A DNA stretch of 64,000 nt from an uncultured Candidatus Saccharibacteria bacterium (lineage in GTDB: Bacteria > Patescibacteriota > Minisyncoccia > Phycocordibacterales > Zambryskibacteraceae), in contig CAYGCY010000002.1 in the NCBI GenBank assembly GCA_964348525.1, positions 9,726 through 73,725 of the forward strand, read 5' to 3'. Below are positions 10,157 through 19,894 of the stretch, piece after piece. The notes below the pieces were generated by a model. The model ran no database searches and was not told where the DNA came from. It was given only the letters and a program-made list of their open reading frames with translations. Made by a program: the position numbers and the translations under genes. The stretch's first letter is position 1. Each line of letters begins with the position of its first letter.

Positions 10157-10427
10157 ATTCTTTCATTTTCTTGGATAGGGAAACACATCCATCTGCCCAG
10201 ATTTTTTCCGAACTCTCGTCGAGCAGAGTATCAAGGGGCAGGGCGAATTGCTCTTCCATATTGATACCTCTCTTTGCGCATTCGTTTTCGCGAATTTGTC
10301 TTACAAGATCGCGAAGAAACTGCCTTGCTATTTTGGGTTTGGTGCCTCTAAATAGCATTTCATCGGCAGCTAACGACATGTCCAAACCTTCAAGTGTTTC
10401 TCCCAATTCTGCATAACTAATGGACAC
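10149..10427 (-). CDS. Hypothetical acidic protein, first gene of the DsbA-VKOR operon
   Basis: 92 aa, no TM. Overlaps the dsbA start by 8 nt. Confidence 0.4.
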   Translation of the reverse strand: MSISYAELGETLEGLDMSLAADEMLFRGTKPKIARQFLRDLVRQIRENECAKRGINMEEQFALPLDTLLDESSEKIWADGCVSLSKKMKEFG

Positions 10428-11201
10428 GGGCCACTCCTTACTAGGGTAGGTGATAATGATGCTTCTCCGGCGAATATATTATTTATTTTATTGCTTAAAG
10501 CAAGGAATTTTTCTACGCCCACTTAATTGTCTAGTTTAATTTAATGGAAAATAAATTTAGTAAAGCTTTGTTTATCGGCCTTTATTTTATAGGGGGATAG
10601 GGCTTTCTTAGGTTAGATTAAGGTCGCACAATATATCTTTTAGACCTACACCATCTATACAAAAGGGCCAAAGGACTCCCCCATAGCTTTTATTAAAAAA
10701 ACAGGCACTCCGGTATTTAAATTTAGAATTAATTTTATTTGTCAAAAATATTTTTAATATTATTCCCCACGTTTATACTTCACTAAAAATAATAAAACAA
10801 AAAATAATCTCTATTTTTATCTATCTTCTTTAGAGTCCATTCTGTCTGAACCCCTTTGGGGTCTTTATGAGCCCTAAAAGGCCTTAAAGAGGTATATGAC
10901 CCTATGCCAGGATGGGCCAAAGAATGCTCTTTGGAGCTTTTTAAGGAATTCTTCGTTGAGTCAATATTCTTCTACCCTTCTGGAACTTTTTATTTTTTAA
11001 AGCCTGTTTTGCATTGTTGGTAACAAACACAAAGCGAGCTTTGGACATTGAATTGTTTTTGTTTTTATTTATTGCCATATCTTTATTTTACCCATCTAAG
11101 AGCCCTTCCCACCATGAGCCTGTGTTATTAAGTATTAGGTACATCGAGCCGTAAAACGGCAAAAGGATGAAAAATAAAATTTTCTTGTGCATATACTTAC
11201 A

Positions 11202-11453
11202 CTAATTGGTCGGCGGTTTGACCACTCCAGCGGATTGGGTCACTACTTCTAGAAAAAATGGTTTTACATGGTCTGTCCACCAGCTCCACATGATAGAAAA
11301 GAAGTGGCCCACGGTATAAGGGAGTCCATTCGTTTTTAGGCTGTCAATAACGTCAAAATTGTAGGAATATTTGAGAATCAAATAAAGAACGACTAGAAGC
11401 AGAAGAAACGGTATGAATCCCCTTTCGTTTTTAAGATTTAAGTTTTTTAACAT
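11202..11453 (-). CDS. Hypothetical small membrane protein
   Basis: 83 aa with one TM helix. Last gene of the long minus-strand operon. Confidence 0.4.
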   Translation of the reverse strand: MLKNLNLKNERGFIPFLLLLVVLYLILKYSYNFDVIDSLKTNGLPYTVGHFFSIMWSWWTDHVKPFFLEVVTQSAGVVKPPTN

Positions 11454-11467
11454 ACTTTAATACTAAA

Positions 11468-12757
11468 TTAATAAGGCAGATACGCAAGTGGATCAAGATA
11501 TGCATTTAGAGGCGCGAGGGGCACGACCACGTTTTTGCAAAACTTGCTCGAAGTGTAAAAATCAACACGCAATGCATCAGTAATAAATAAACCTAAGTGC
11601 AAATGTGGACCCGTAGAAAATCCAGACCCATAAACTCCAGGCTGACCACCAGAAAAGCCTATTACTTCTCCGGTAGAAACAGTTTGGCCTACAGACACCT
11701 TAGAGCCTGAAAGATGGGAGTAAAGGCTTGAAAGCCCATTTCCGTGCTTCACAAGTATCCACTTTCCGTATGAATAGCAACCTTTTTGGTCATCTGTGTT
11801 CCCCATTGCAGAAACCACCCCGTACAGAACTGATTTTATGGGTGTGCCAACTGAAGCTCTAAAATCCACCCCATTGTGGGTTCCTGATACATATAAGCGC
11901 TTTGCATCAACTGTTTTGCCGAACCTTTGAGTGATTGTGGGAGGAGTGACGGGCCACGATAAAACTCCGGATTTTTGAGAAGGAATTTTGGACGGGTCTA
12001 TAGCGTATTGAAGTGCCGATTCAAATTCGAATTGTTCCTGTTCAATTTGTCTTCCGCGCTCCAAATTCGCTTGAAGTTGCTTTTGATAGGTAGCTTCTTT
12101 GTTTTTGGTCTCTGTTAGAAGCTGGGCTTTAGCTTTTTGTGTGTCTAAAACAATTTTTTGCTGAACCGTTAAATCTGTTTTTAGATCTTCTAGCCCCACT
12201 TTCTTCTTTTTTGATAAATCCTGTTTGTCAGTAAATTCTTCTTTTGCTTCATCCAGAGCCTCCACGTGATTTCTAAGAGAGCTATTGAATTTATTTAAAG
12301 TCTCCACACTGTCCCAAACGTCAGTAAAAGTTTTGCCAGACAATAAATGTTCCAAAATAGAGGTCGTTTCTACTTCAGACAGCGTGTTTAGAGACTGCGC
12401 GATTGCCTCTTCGCTGTTGTTAATTTTTGCTTTTGCATCGGTTATTTTTATTTCTAACTGTTGTATTTCGTATTCAGTTTTAGAAATATTATTTTTCGTT
12501 ACCTTTAAATCGCTTCCCAATTTTTTGGCATTTTTATCTAAAGTGTTTATTGTTGATGTAAGCGTTTTGGCTTCACCCTCTGTTTTGTTGATAGCTTCAG
12601 TGAGTTTCTTATTTTCTTCATCCAGTCTAGCTTTCTCTTCTTTTTTTTGGTCTATAAGTCTTTGCAATTCACTTACTGACAAAGCATTTGTATTTTGTAC
12701 AACCAAAAAAGACAATACAAAAACCGTGAGCAAAATTTTAAAGAAGTGAAATCGCAT
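11468..12757 (-). CDS. Peptidase M23 (LytM-domain) with N-terminal coiled-coil (EnvC-like)
   Basis: Signal peptide, long coiled-coil, C-terminal M23 motifs HNGVDF...HLHLG. Confidence 0.85.
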   Translation of the reverse strand: MRFHFFKILLTVFVLSFLVVQNTNALSVSELQRLIDQKKEEKARLDEENKKLTEAINKTEGEAKTLTSTINTLDKNAKKLGSDLKVTKNNISKTEYEIQQLEIKITDAKAKINNSEEAIAQSLNTLSEVETTSILEHLLSGKTFTDVWDSVETLNKFNSSLRNHVEALDEAKEEFTDKQDLSKKKKVGLEDLKTDLTVQQKIVLDTQKAKAQLLTETKNKEATYQKQLQANLERGRQIEQEQFEFESALQYAIDPSKIPSQKSGVLSWPVTPPTITQRFGKTVDAKRLYVSGTHNGVDFRASVGTPIKSVLYGVVSAMGNTDDQKGCYSYGKWILVKHGNGLSSLYSHLSGSKVSVGQTVSTGEVIGFSGGQPGVYGSGFSTGPHLHLGLFITDALRVDFYTSSKFCKNVVVPLAPLNAYLDPLAYLPY

Positions 12758-14066
12758 TTTGGATTCTTTCCAGAGTTTTTTCTTTACCTAAAATACTTGC
12801 AACCGTAAAAGGGTCTGGAGATTTTTCTTTTCCGGTTAAGGCATAGCGGAGTGGCCACAACACGTTCCCCTTCCCTATTTCCTCCGCGTAGCTCCAGAGT
12901 GCATTTTTTATTGAATCTTTATTCCAACCACCTAATTGCGACAAAAATTCTAAGATTTTTTCTAGGTTTTGTTTGGTTCTTTTTTCTTTATCTTTGGGCC
13001 AATGTAACAGTTCTTTGTCATAAGAAATTTGTTCCTTGAGGTAATCAAATTCTCCATTATTCATCAGTTCGTCCACATCGGAGAACACATCTATTCTTTC
13101 AAAAACCGAATCTAAAAAAGTTTGTTTATCAACAACACAATTCATATCTAATTTTTCTGCAAGTCTAGCCTGAAGAGCAGAATTTAGTTCTTGTTCTGGT
13201 AACAATTTCATGTGTTCTTTGTTCATCCATTTCAATTTTTCCTCATCAAAAATAGCTCCCCCTTTTTGAATTCTCTTTAAATCAAATGCTTCTATAAGCT
13301 CTTTTAAGGTATAAATTTCCTTCTCCGTTCCTGGGTTAAACCCTAAGAAGGTCAGAAAATTAACCATCGTTTCAGGCAGGTAGCCTTTATTCCTGTATTC
13401 ACTTATAGAGGTGGCCCCATGGCGTTTAGAAAGCTTTGACCTATCCTTGCCTAAAAGTAGCGGTAAATGGGCATATATGGGCCTAGGAGCGCCGATTGCC
13501 TCTTGAATGAGTATCTGACGGGGGGTATTCGAAATATGGTCTTCCCCCCTTATTACATGGGTAATTTGAGACAAAAAATCGTCTACAACTACAGCAAAAT
13601 GATAAAGAGGTTCGGTCATTGAACGAGCTATCACAAAGTCCTTAAGCTCTGTGGTGTCGAAGGTAACTTCTTCACGAATTTCATCATGAAAAGTAATTTT
13701 TTTATTTGGATTTCTAAAGCGAATAACCTCCTCCCTTTGCCCCTCTTCTGTTGGGGTTTCTTTTGAAATATAGATTAAATCTTTATCTAAAAGTTTTTGA
13801 AGTTCTGACGAATAAATTTCTGTTCTTTCAGATTGTTTGTACATCTCATCCCATTCGAGTTGTAGCCATTTAAATCCATCTATGATGTTGTCTTCGTATT
13901 CTTTTGTAGAGCGCTCTTTGTCTGTATCTTCTATACGCATTATAAATTTTCCACCATTTTGTTTCGCAAACAAAAAATTATATAAAGCAGTACGCGCTGT
14001 CCCCACGTGCAAATTGCCTGTTGGCGATGGTGCCATTCTAACTACCGGTTTAATACTGTTGCTCAT
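12738..14066 (-). CDS. gltX: Glutamyl-tRNA synthetase
   Basis: HIGH-type motif (HVGT) and KLSKRHG (KMSKS-type). Confidence 0.9.
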   Translation of the reverse strand: MSNSIKPVVRMAPSPTGNLHVGTARTALYNFLFAKQNGGKFIMRIEDTDKERSTKEYEDNIIDGFKWLQLEWDEMYKQSERTEIYSSELQKLLDKDLIYISKETPTEEGQREEVIRFRNPNKKITFHDEIREEVTFDTTELKDFVIARSMTEPLYHFAVVVDDFLSQITHVIRGEDHISNTPRQILIQEAIGAPRPIYAHLPLLLGKDRSKLSKRHGATSISEYRNKGYLPETMVNFLTFLGFNPGTEKEIYTLKELIEAFDLKRIQKGGAIFDEEKLKWMNKEHMKLLPEQELNSALQARLAEKLDMNCVVDKQTFLDSVFERIDVFSDVDELMNNGEFDYLKEQISYDKELLHWPKDKEKRTKQNLEKILEFLSQLGGWNKDSIKNALWSYAEEIGKGNVLWPLRYALTGKEKSPDPFTVASILGKEKTLERIQNAISLL

Positions 14067-15411
14067 TGTTTTGTGTGCCTGCCTGTGCAGAGAGTTCTTC
14101 CTGCAAAAGTTCTTCTGTGGTTTTATCGGCTATCACAACGTTGTCAGGAATAATGTCTTGGGCAATAAATTCCACTTTTGTTTTTGTTGTATCCGGCTCC
14201 TTTTCTTTTTCTGCCTCTCGTATCTGTGCTTCTTTTTTTCTAGCTTCTTTCAAATTTTCTATCTTTTTGTTTCTCTTCCCATGTGTAACCGCAAGTCTTA
14301 AAAGTTCTTCGGCTATTTTTCCTGCTGCATTTGGATAGACAAGTTTTTTGGCAGATTCTTTCATTTTTAGAGCCAATTCTTTGTCTTCAATTATCCTAGT
14401 CACTTCTTCTAAAAGTACATGAGGTTTTAAGTTTTTCTCCTCTAAAACAATACCTGCTCCAGCCTCTGCATAAGCATAAGCATTTCTCATTTGATGATTG
14501 CCGTTTGACTCAGTTATTGGAACGATAATGGACGGCACTCCCCACCAAGCTATTTCAAAAAGTGTTGAGCCGGCTCTGGTAATGACAGCGTTTGCAACTC
14601 CGGCACACATTCTCAAAGATAGCGTGTTTAGGTAATCAAATGGCTTATATCTGTTTTTATGTGGGTTGTCTGAAAGCAGTGTATCTGCTGTGAGGGTTAT
14701 ATTTTTGTAGTGTTCTTTGCCGGTCTGGTGGATTACTTGGAATTTTTTAACTAATTCGGGCAATGCATCCATCAAGGTTTCGTTTATTTTTTGTGAACCC
14801 AAAGATCCGCCCAGAATTAGAATAACCGGAGTTACATCTTCGAGTTTCAGGTATTCCTTTGCACCCGTTGAAAGAGGGTCTCGCAATTCTTCTCTTACGG
14901 GGTGGCCTGTAACCACAATTCTCCCCTCTTCTAGAGCTTTCCCAAAATATTTTGAGGCTTGTGGATATGAAAGCGCAATTTTTTTTGCAAATTTACCTGC
15001 CCACAAATTTGTGCGACCTGGGACAGAATCTGATTCATGAATCATCACAGGAATTCCAAAAACTCTTGCGGCAAATAGAGCGGGTACACTCCCATACCCA
15101 CCCTTACCAAAAACCGCATCAGGAAAGATAGAATAAATTTTGAAAAGTGCTTTTATTAAACCTGCTATTGTTTTGAAAATATCAAAAAAATTGAGTAAAG
15201 AAAAATATCTGCGCATCTTCCCTGCTGTAATAGGTATGTACTCTATGTCATGCTCAAAAAGAACTCCGGAGTTGTAAGGATTGGGAGACATATAAAAGAG
15301 CTCAATTGTGACCAATTTGAGTTTTTTTGTTATTGCTCTTATAGATTGAGCAACTGCGACAATTGGATAAAAGTGTCCGCCTGTCCCTCCTCCTGTTAGT
15401 ACTATACGCAT
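14050..15411 (-). CDS. murG: MurG glycosyltransferase with about 90-aa charged C-terminal extension
   Basis: MRIVLTGGGTGGHFYPIVAVAQ G-loop. 453 aa against the usual 360 or so. Lys/Glu-rich tail. Confidence 0.9.
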   Translation of the reverse strand: MRIVLTGGGTGGHFYPIVAVAQSIRAITKKLKLVTIELFYMSPNPYNSGVLFEHDIEYIPITAGKMRRYFSLLNFFDIFKTIAGLIKALFKIYSIFPDAVFGKGGYGSVPALFAARVFGIPVMIHESDSVPGRTNLWAGKFAKKIALSYPQASKYFGKALEEGRIVVTGHPVREELRDPLSTGAKEYLKLEDVTPVILILGGSLGSQKINETLMDALPELVKKFQVIHQTGKEHYKNITLTADTLLSDNPHKNRYKPFDYLNTLSLRMCAGVANAVITRAGSTLFEIAWWGVPSIIVPITESNGNHQMRNAYAYAEAGAGIVLEEKNLKPHVLLEEVTRIIEDKELALKMKESAKKLVYPNAAGKIAEELLRLAVTHGKRNKKIENLKEARKKEAQIREAEKEKEPDTTKTKVEFIAQDIIPDNVVIADKTTEELLQEELSAQAGTQNNEQQY

Positions 15412-16539
15412 TTAAGCTATTTTTCTAGATACAGATAAAATTATTCCCATTTCTGCCATTACCACTAAAAGCGAGGATGCTCCGTGGCTCACAAAAGGCA
15501 GGGTGATGCCCGTGAGAGGCAGTACCCCAAGCATCGCACCTATATTTATGAATGCTTGAGATATAAGAAGTATAACAATGCCGACCACAAGCAGTCTACC
15601 AAATGTGTCTCCTGTGTGCGCTGCCACTCTTAAGCCACGCATCGAAAACAGAGCAAATATAAGCACTATGGCGCTAGAACCAACAAAGCCGAATTCTTCA
15701 GCAGCAACGGCAAAGATGGAGTCACCTATTGGCTCCGGCAGGTATGTAAATTTTTGAATACTCCTACCAAAACCTCTTCCAGCAAAACCTCCTGACCCTA
15801 TAGCAATAAGGGACTGCCTTGCTTGAAACCCTGAGCTTAATGATTTTTCATTCGGATTAAAAAAGGTATTTATTCTTTCACGCACATAAGGTCTGGTAAA
15901 GGCAAGAGCCGATATTGTAATGAGCCCAATTAAACCAAGAACCAAGATTTCACGCACCCTACCACCGGCAGCGAAGTAAATAGCTATGCAAGCTAGTGCG
16001 GTCACCAAAAAATTATCTGTGTCAGGCTGTAAAAGCAAAACCACACCAACAACCCCTATAACCAACATCAAAGGGATGGTCCCCATTCTAAAAGTTTGAG
16101 CAGAGCCTTTTTTTACTGAATACCAAGCAGCCAAAAAAATAACGGCAGCGAGTTTTAAAAGTTCAGACGGCTGAAATGTAAAGGAACCCAAAGAAATCCA
16201 TCTCACGGCGCCTCCATGTGCAAACCCGAGTCCTGGAACAAACACTAGAAGAGTGAGAACGATGCTTAATAAAATAATCGGCCAAGCGTATTTCTTAAAC
16301 ACATGGTAATCCATTCTTGATATAAAAATACAAGCTAGTGTTCCTAAAAATAATCCAAAGAAAGTCTGCGTGAATGCTATGTTTGAAAATTGATTTCCAT
16401 CTTTGGCGAGAAGCCCGAGGGATGCGGAATTAAAAATAATGAAGCCACAAATTACCAGAATACCTAAAAGAGTGGCTAGATATTTATCTACAGGCCTTCT
16501 TTTGGCGTTAGAAAACATTGCCTTAACCCGCCAGAGCAA
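15412..16539 (-). CDS. ftsW: SEDS-family peptidoglycan glycosyltransferase FtsW/RodA
   Basis: About 10 TM helices. Sits between mraY and murG. Confidence 0.85.
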   Translation of the reverse strand: MLWRVKAMFSNAKRRPVDKYLATLLGILVICGFIIFNSASLGLLAKDGNQFSNIAFTQTFFGLFLGTLACIFISRMDYHVFKKYAWPIILLSIVLTLLVFVPGLGFAHGGAVRWISLGSFTFQPSELLKLAAVIFLAAWYSVKKGSAQTFRMGTIPLMLVIGVVGVVLLLQPDTDNFLVTALACIAIYFAAGGRVREILVLGLIGLITISALAFTRPYVRERINTFFNPNEKSLSSGFQARQSLIAIGSGGFAGRGFGRSIQKFTYLPEPIGDSIFAVAAEEFGFVGSSAIVLIFALFSMRGLRVAAHTGDTFGRLLVVGIVILLISQAFINIGAMLGVLPLTGITLPFVSHGASSLLVVMAEMGIILSVSRKIA

Positions 16540-17593
16540 TAACTACTCCTAAAATTGCAGACACTATTCCTACGACCCAGTAGCGCATTGTCACCTTGTA
16601 TGCTGGCCAACCTATAGCTTGAAAATGGTGGTGGATAGGTGCAACTAAAAATACTTTTTTACCTCTAAACTTTTTAGAAAGTACCTGAATAATGTTCGAA
16701 GCTACTGTTATAACCAGTGGTAACCCAACTATAGGCAGTACAAAAATTCCATAACCACCGCTTATCTTGTCTGTCATAAAAGCAACAATTGCGAGAGCCA
16801 CTGTAAGGCCCATGGTGCCGGTTTCTGACATATAAAATCTTGCTGGAGGAATATTAAACCAGAGAAATGCCAGAATCCCACCGACAACTGCGAGACAAAA
16901 TGCTGACAAATTTATTTGTTGCTGATAAAACGCAATACCTGCATATGCAGAAAAGACTGTAGCAAATATTCCGCCAGACAAACCGTCTATGCCGTCTATC
17001 ACGCCACTTGCATAAATTGCGAGAACCACAGCTATAAAAAAGGGAACGAAGAAAATGCCTAAAGGCAATTCCCCTCCCCATGGCAAACCTATACCACTCA
17101 CTCCGAGTTTGAAATAAAACCAAGAGCCGGCCGTGAGCCCAATTAAAGACACTATAGTTAATCTCTTTTTGAGAGACAGCCCACCAGCCATGTAATCTCC
17201 AGTTCCTCTAGTTTCTAAATAATCATCAAACAAGCCCACTATGCCTCCCAATACCAATGCGAACAAAGGAAGCCAAGTCTGGTTTCGACTCAAAAAATCA
17301 AGCTTGGTCAAAAGATCAGCATCCAAAAATTGAGAAACTAAAGATATTGCCAGTATAGAAATAGCTGTAGATACCCATATTATTATTCCGCCCATTCTTG
17401 GTGTCTTTTTTGATTCGTCTGAATGGAGTTTATTTGAAATGGGAGTGGCAGAGCCGTCTACCGCAACACTCACACTTCTTTTTTTCCACAGCTCATGTTT
17501 GTAAAGAAAATTTGAAACTATAGGAGTAATAGCTACCCCAACAATAAATGAGAAAACGGCTGGTAGAAAAACTTTTACTATGTCTTCAATCAT
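16523..17593 (-). CDS. mraY: Phospho-N-acetylmuramoyl-pentapeptide transferase
   Basis: Multi-TM protein with the DGIDGL motif. Confidence 0.9.
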   Translation of the reverse strand: MIEDIVKVFLPAVFSFIVGVAITPIVSNFLYKHELWKKRSVSVAVDGSATPISNKLHSDESKKTPRMGGIIIWVSTAISILAISLVSQFLDADLLTKLDFLSRNQTWLPLFALVLGGIVGLFDDYLETRGTGDYMAGGLSLKKRLTIVSLIGLTAGSWFYFKLGVSGIGLPWGGELPLGIFFVPFFIAVVLAIYASGVIDGIDGLSGGIFATVFSAYAGIAFYQQQINLSAFCLAVVGGILAFLWFNIPPARFYMSETGTMGLTVALAIVAFMTDKISGGYGIFVLPIVGLPLVITVASNIIQVLSKKFRGKKVFLVAPIHHHFQAIGWPAYKVTMRYWVVGIVSAILGVVIALAG

Positions 17594-17612
17594 TTTTTAT
17601 ATTTTAGCACGC

Positions 17613-18551
17613 CTACTTTGCTTCTGTATTTTGAGCAATAGTGGCCTGTATCAACTTTTTTATATCCTCAAACCTACCCTCTTCCGAAGACCCCAAAACC
17701 ACAACCGCATAAGGGTTCCCCAGTCCAGCATCAAAAGCTATTGCCAAATTACCGCCAGATAAATCAGTAAATCCTGTTTTGCCCCCTATGAGGCCGGGGA
17801 TGAAAGCTAAAGCATCATTTGTGTTTTTTGCACTATGCTTTAATTTATTTTCCGATTCTATTGTTATGTTTTGATACCTTGTGGCAGATATCATTTTAGG
17901 GTCATTCACGACTATGTAAGAGAGCAGTTTGGCAATATCTAATGCAGAGCCGTAAGCCCCAGCATTTATTTCACTTCCATCAAGGCCTGTGGGATTTTCA
18001 AAAAGAAGGCCTTTCAGTCCAATAGCCCGTGCTAGGTTATTCATATTTTCCGGAAATGTCTCTGGTGGAGTAAGCTTTGCTGCGCCAAGAGCTGCAAGTG
18101 CCTCTGAACCGTCGTTTGAGGAGCTCGTGAGAACTAGATCTATAAGGTGCCCCAAATTAAACCTTTCCCCTGGTCTCAAGCCCGAATCCCCCTGAGACCT
18201 GAGATCACTTCTACTTATAATTACCTGCTCGTTGTCTCCTTTGGTGAGTCTTTTTGTGGCAAGGGCCGTCATTAGTTTTGTAATAGAAGCTAGCGGTCTA
18301 AGCGCAAGTTCATCTTTTGCGTAAATAATTTTGCCTGTTTTTATTTCATAAACCACTGCCGAAGAGGCTTCCAAATTTACATTTTCAAAATAGTTTATCT
18401 TTTGTTCAGGTATCTTTTTTTTCTGGGCATTTTGCGAAATAAAAGAACTTCCGATAAGTAGCAAAAACAAAAAGATTATCGTGCCAAGCGTATAAAATAA
18501 TCTCGATTCATCCAAAATCTCTATATTGTGATAAGTTTTGTCGTTATTCAT
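17613..18551 (-). CDS. D-alanyl-D-alanine carboxypeptidase (S11, PBP5/6-like)
   Basis: SxxK (SITK), SxN (SSN) and KTG (GGKTG) motifs. Confidence 0.8.
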   Translation of the reverse strand: MNNDKTYHNIEILDESRLFYTLGTIIFLFLLLIGSSFISQNAQKKKIPEQKINYFENVNLEASSAVVYEIKTGKIIYAKDELALRPLASITKLMTALATKRLTKGDNEQVIISRSDLRSQGDSGLRPGERFNLGHLIDLVLTSSSNDGSEALAALGAAKLTPPETFPENMNNLARAIGLKGLLFENPTGLDGSEINAGAYGSALDIAKLLSYIVVNDPKMISATRYQNITIESENKLKHSAKNTNDALAFIPGLIGGKTGFTDLSGGNLAIAFDAGLGNPYAVVVLGSSEEGRFEDIKKLIQATIAQNTEAK

Positions 18552-19125
18552 TCTGGTTTATTACTGCAGTATCTTCTTCCTGCAAAATATCTGCGAGGCG
18601 ATTATTTAGGTCCGTTGTAAGAGCCCCGTATTCAGGCAGTTCACTCGCACTTTTTATACCAAGAAGTCCTAAAAGTTCTAGGGTGGCCTTATATACATAC
18701 CCGCCTCGCGTCGACTCGGGCCCCTCTCCCCCTCTTTCCATTCTTTCTATCAAGCCCCTAGAAACGAGAGACCTTAAAATATATTGGGACTGAACTCCTC
18801 GTATGAAATCTATTTCTCTTCGAGATACCGGTCCTTTATAAAGCACTATGGTAAGAGTTTCAAGGGAGGCCCTCCCAAGCTCTTTTTCAAGCTCCTCTTT
18901 TCTCATTGCTTCTATAAGAGGAGACACCTCGCTTGAAGTCATAAAAGAAAGCAGACTGCCGTCATCAACCACCACCACTCCCCCCTTCCACTTTTCTTTT
19001 AGTAGACCAATCGTATCTTCTAATTCTTTTGGTGATATTTTTAATACGGATTGAAGTTCTGCTCGTTCTACCGGCTCCGCTTTATAAAATAATATTGCTT
19101 CTATTTTTTGTAAGGTCTCATCCAT
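18544..19125 (-). CDS. scpB: Segregation and condensation protein B
   Basis: Tandem winged-helix pattern. Overlaps scpA. Confidence 0.75.
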   Translation of the reverse strand: MDETLQKIEAILFYKAEPVERAELQSVLKISPKELEDTIGLLKEKWKGGVVVVDDGSLLSFMTSSEVSPLIEAMRKEELEKELGRASLETLTIVLYKGPVSRREIDFIRGVQSQYILRSLVSRGLIERMERGGEGPESTRGGYVYKATLELLGLLGIKSASELPEYGALTTDLNNRLADILQEEDTAVINQNE

Positions 19126-19888
19126 ATGTTGGTGTTGAAATACTCTTCGACTCTAGCAATATATCAGTCGAATGGCTTTCTTGCATAGCCTCAACCACCC
19201 CTCTTTTTACTAGTTCTAGAAGTGCCAAGAAAGTTACTATCAAGTTTTTCTTTTCCTCCTTTGGAATTTGATATTTATGTCCCTGCATTTTTCCTCCGTA
19301 ATCTTTAGTTAGAGAACCAAAAGATGAATTTATGGCTTTTGTCAGGCGATCACCCAAGCTCACTATCATTTGTTCCAAAGAAATCACTTTTGCAATACTT
19401 GCCTTCTCACGCTTTTCTAATTTTGGGATAAGGTTTACGACATTTACAAAAGTTTTGTGCAGATTCTCTATAGAAATGTTTTTAGAAGGAGCAAAAACTA
19501 TTCTGTCGTCTTTTTTTTGTATTGGAAAAAATTCTTGCGATTTACCAAATCTTTCTTTTATGTACCCCTCAAGCTCCCTCACTTTCGCGTACAAAGCAAG
19601 CCTTTTTTCAAGCTCTTTAGCGTCTGCCTCCTCTTCACCGGTCAAAACAAGCCCCGGCAGAAGTGATTTTGATTTTATCAAAAGCAAGGTGGATGCTATC
19701 GAAAGAAATTGAGCTACTTCTCCTAAGGGGAAATTTGTCTGTTTTTCTATAAAAGCTATGAAATCATCAGCTACTTTCGCAAGCGAAATATCGTGAACCA
19801 AAAGCTTTCTTTTTTCAATCAGCTCATAGAGAAGCTCTATAGGGCCTTTAAAATTATGTTCTTCTACTTCTAGTACAAAATCTCCCAT
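19118..19888 (-). CDS. scpA: Segregation and condensation protein A
   Basis: ScpA-like N-terminus ELLYELIEKRKLLVHDISLAKVADDF. Adjacent to scpB. Confidence 0.7.
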   Translation of the reverse strand: MGDFVLEVEEHNFKGPIELLYELIEKRKLLVHDISLAKVADDFIAFIEKQTNFPLGEVAQFLSIASTLLLIKSKSLLPGLVLTGEEEADAKELEKRLALYAKVRELEGYIKERFGKSQEFFPIQKKDDRIVFAPSKNISIENLHKTFVNVVNLIPKLEKREKASIAKVISLEQMIVSLGDRLTKAINSSFGSLTKDYGGKMQGHKYQIPKEEKKNLIVTFLALLELVKRGVVEAMQESHSTDILLESKSISTPTYG

Positions 19889-19894
19889 TTCAAA

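Noticed and set aside
10428-11201. Origin of replication in the AT-rich gap
   Set aside because: No cluster of TTATCCACA-like DnaA boxes, and dnaA is not adjacent. Only a single 7/9 match.
12285-12749. 154-aa plus-strand ORF inside the M23 peptidase gene, and similar antisense ORFs (for example 2641..2955, 5123..5518, 7337..7840, 14066..14338, 24011..24631, 47698..48261, 53500..53988, 54635..54841, 63060..63536)
   Set aside because: Low-complexity, Ser/Leu/Phe- or Arg/His-rich translations typical of the antisense strand of well-supported genes. No SD or motif support.
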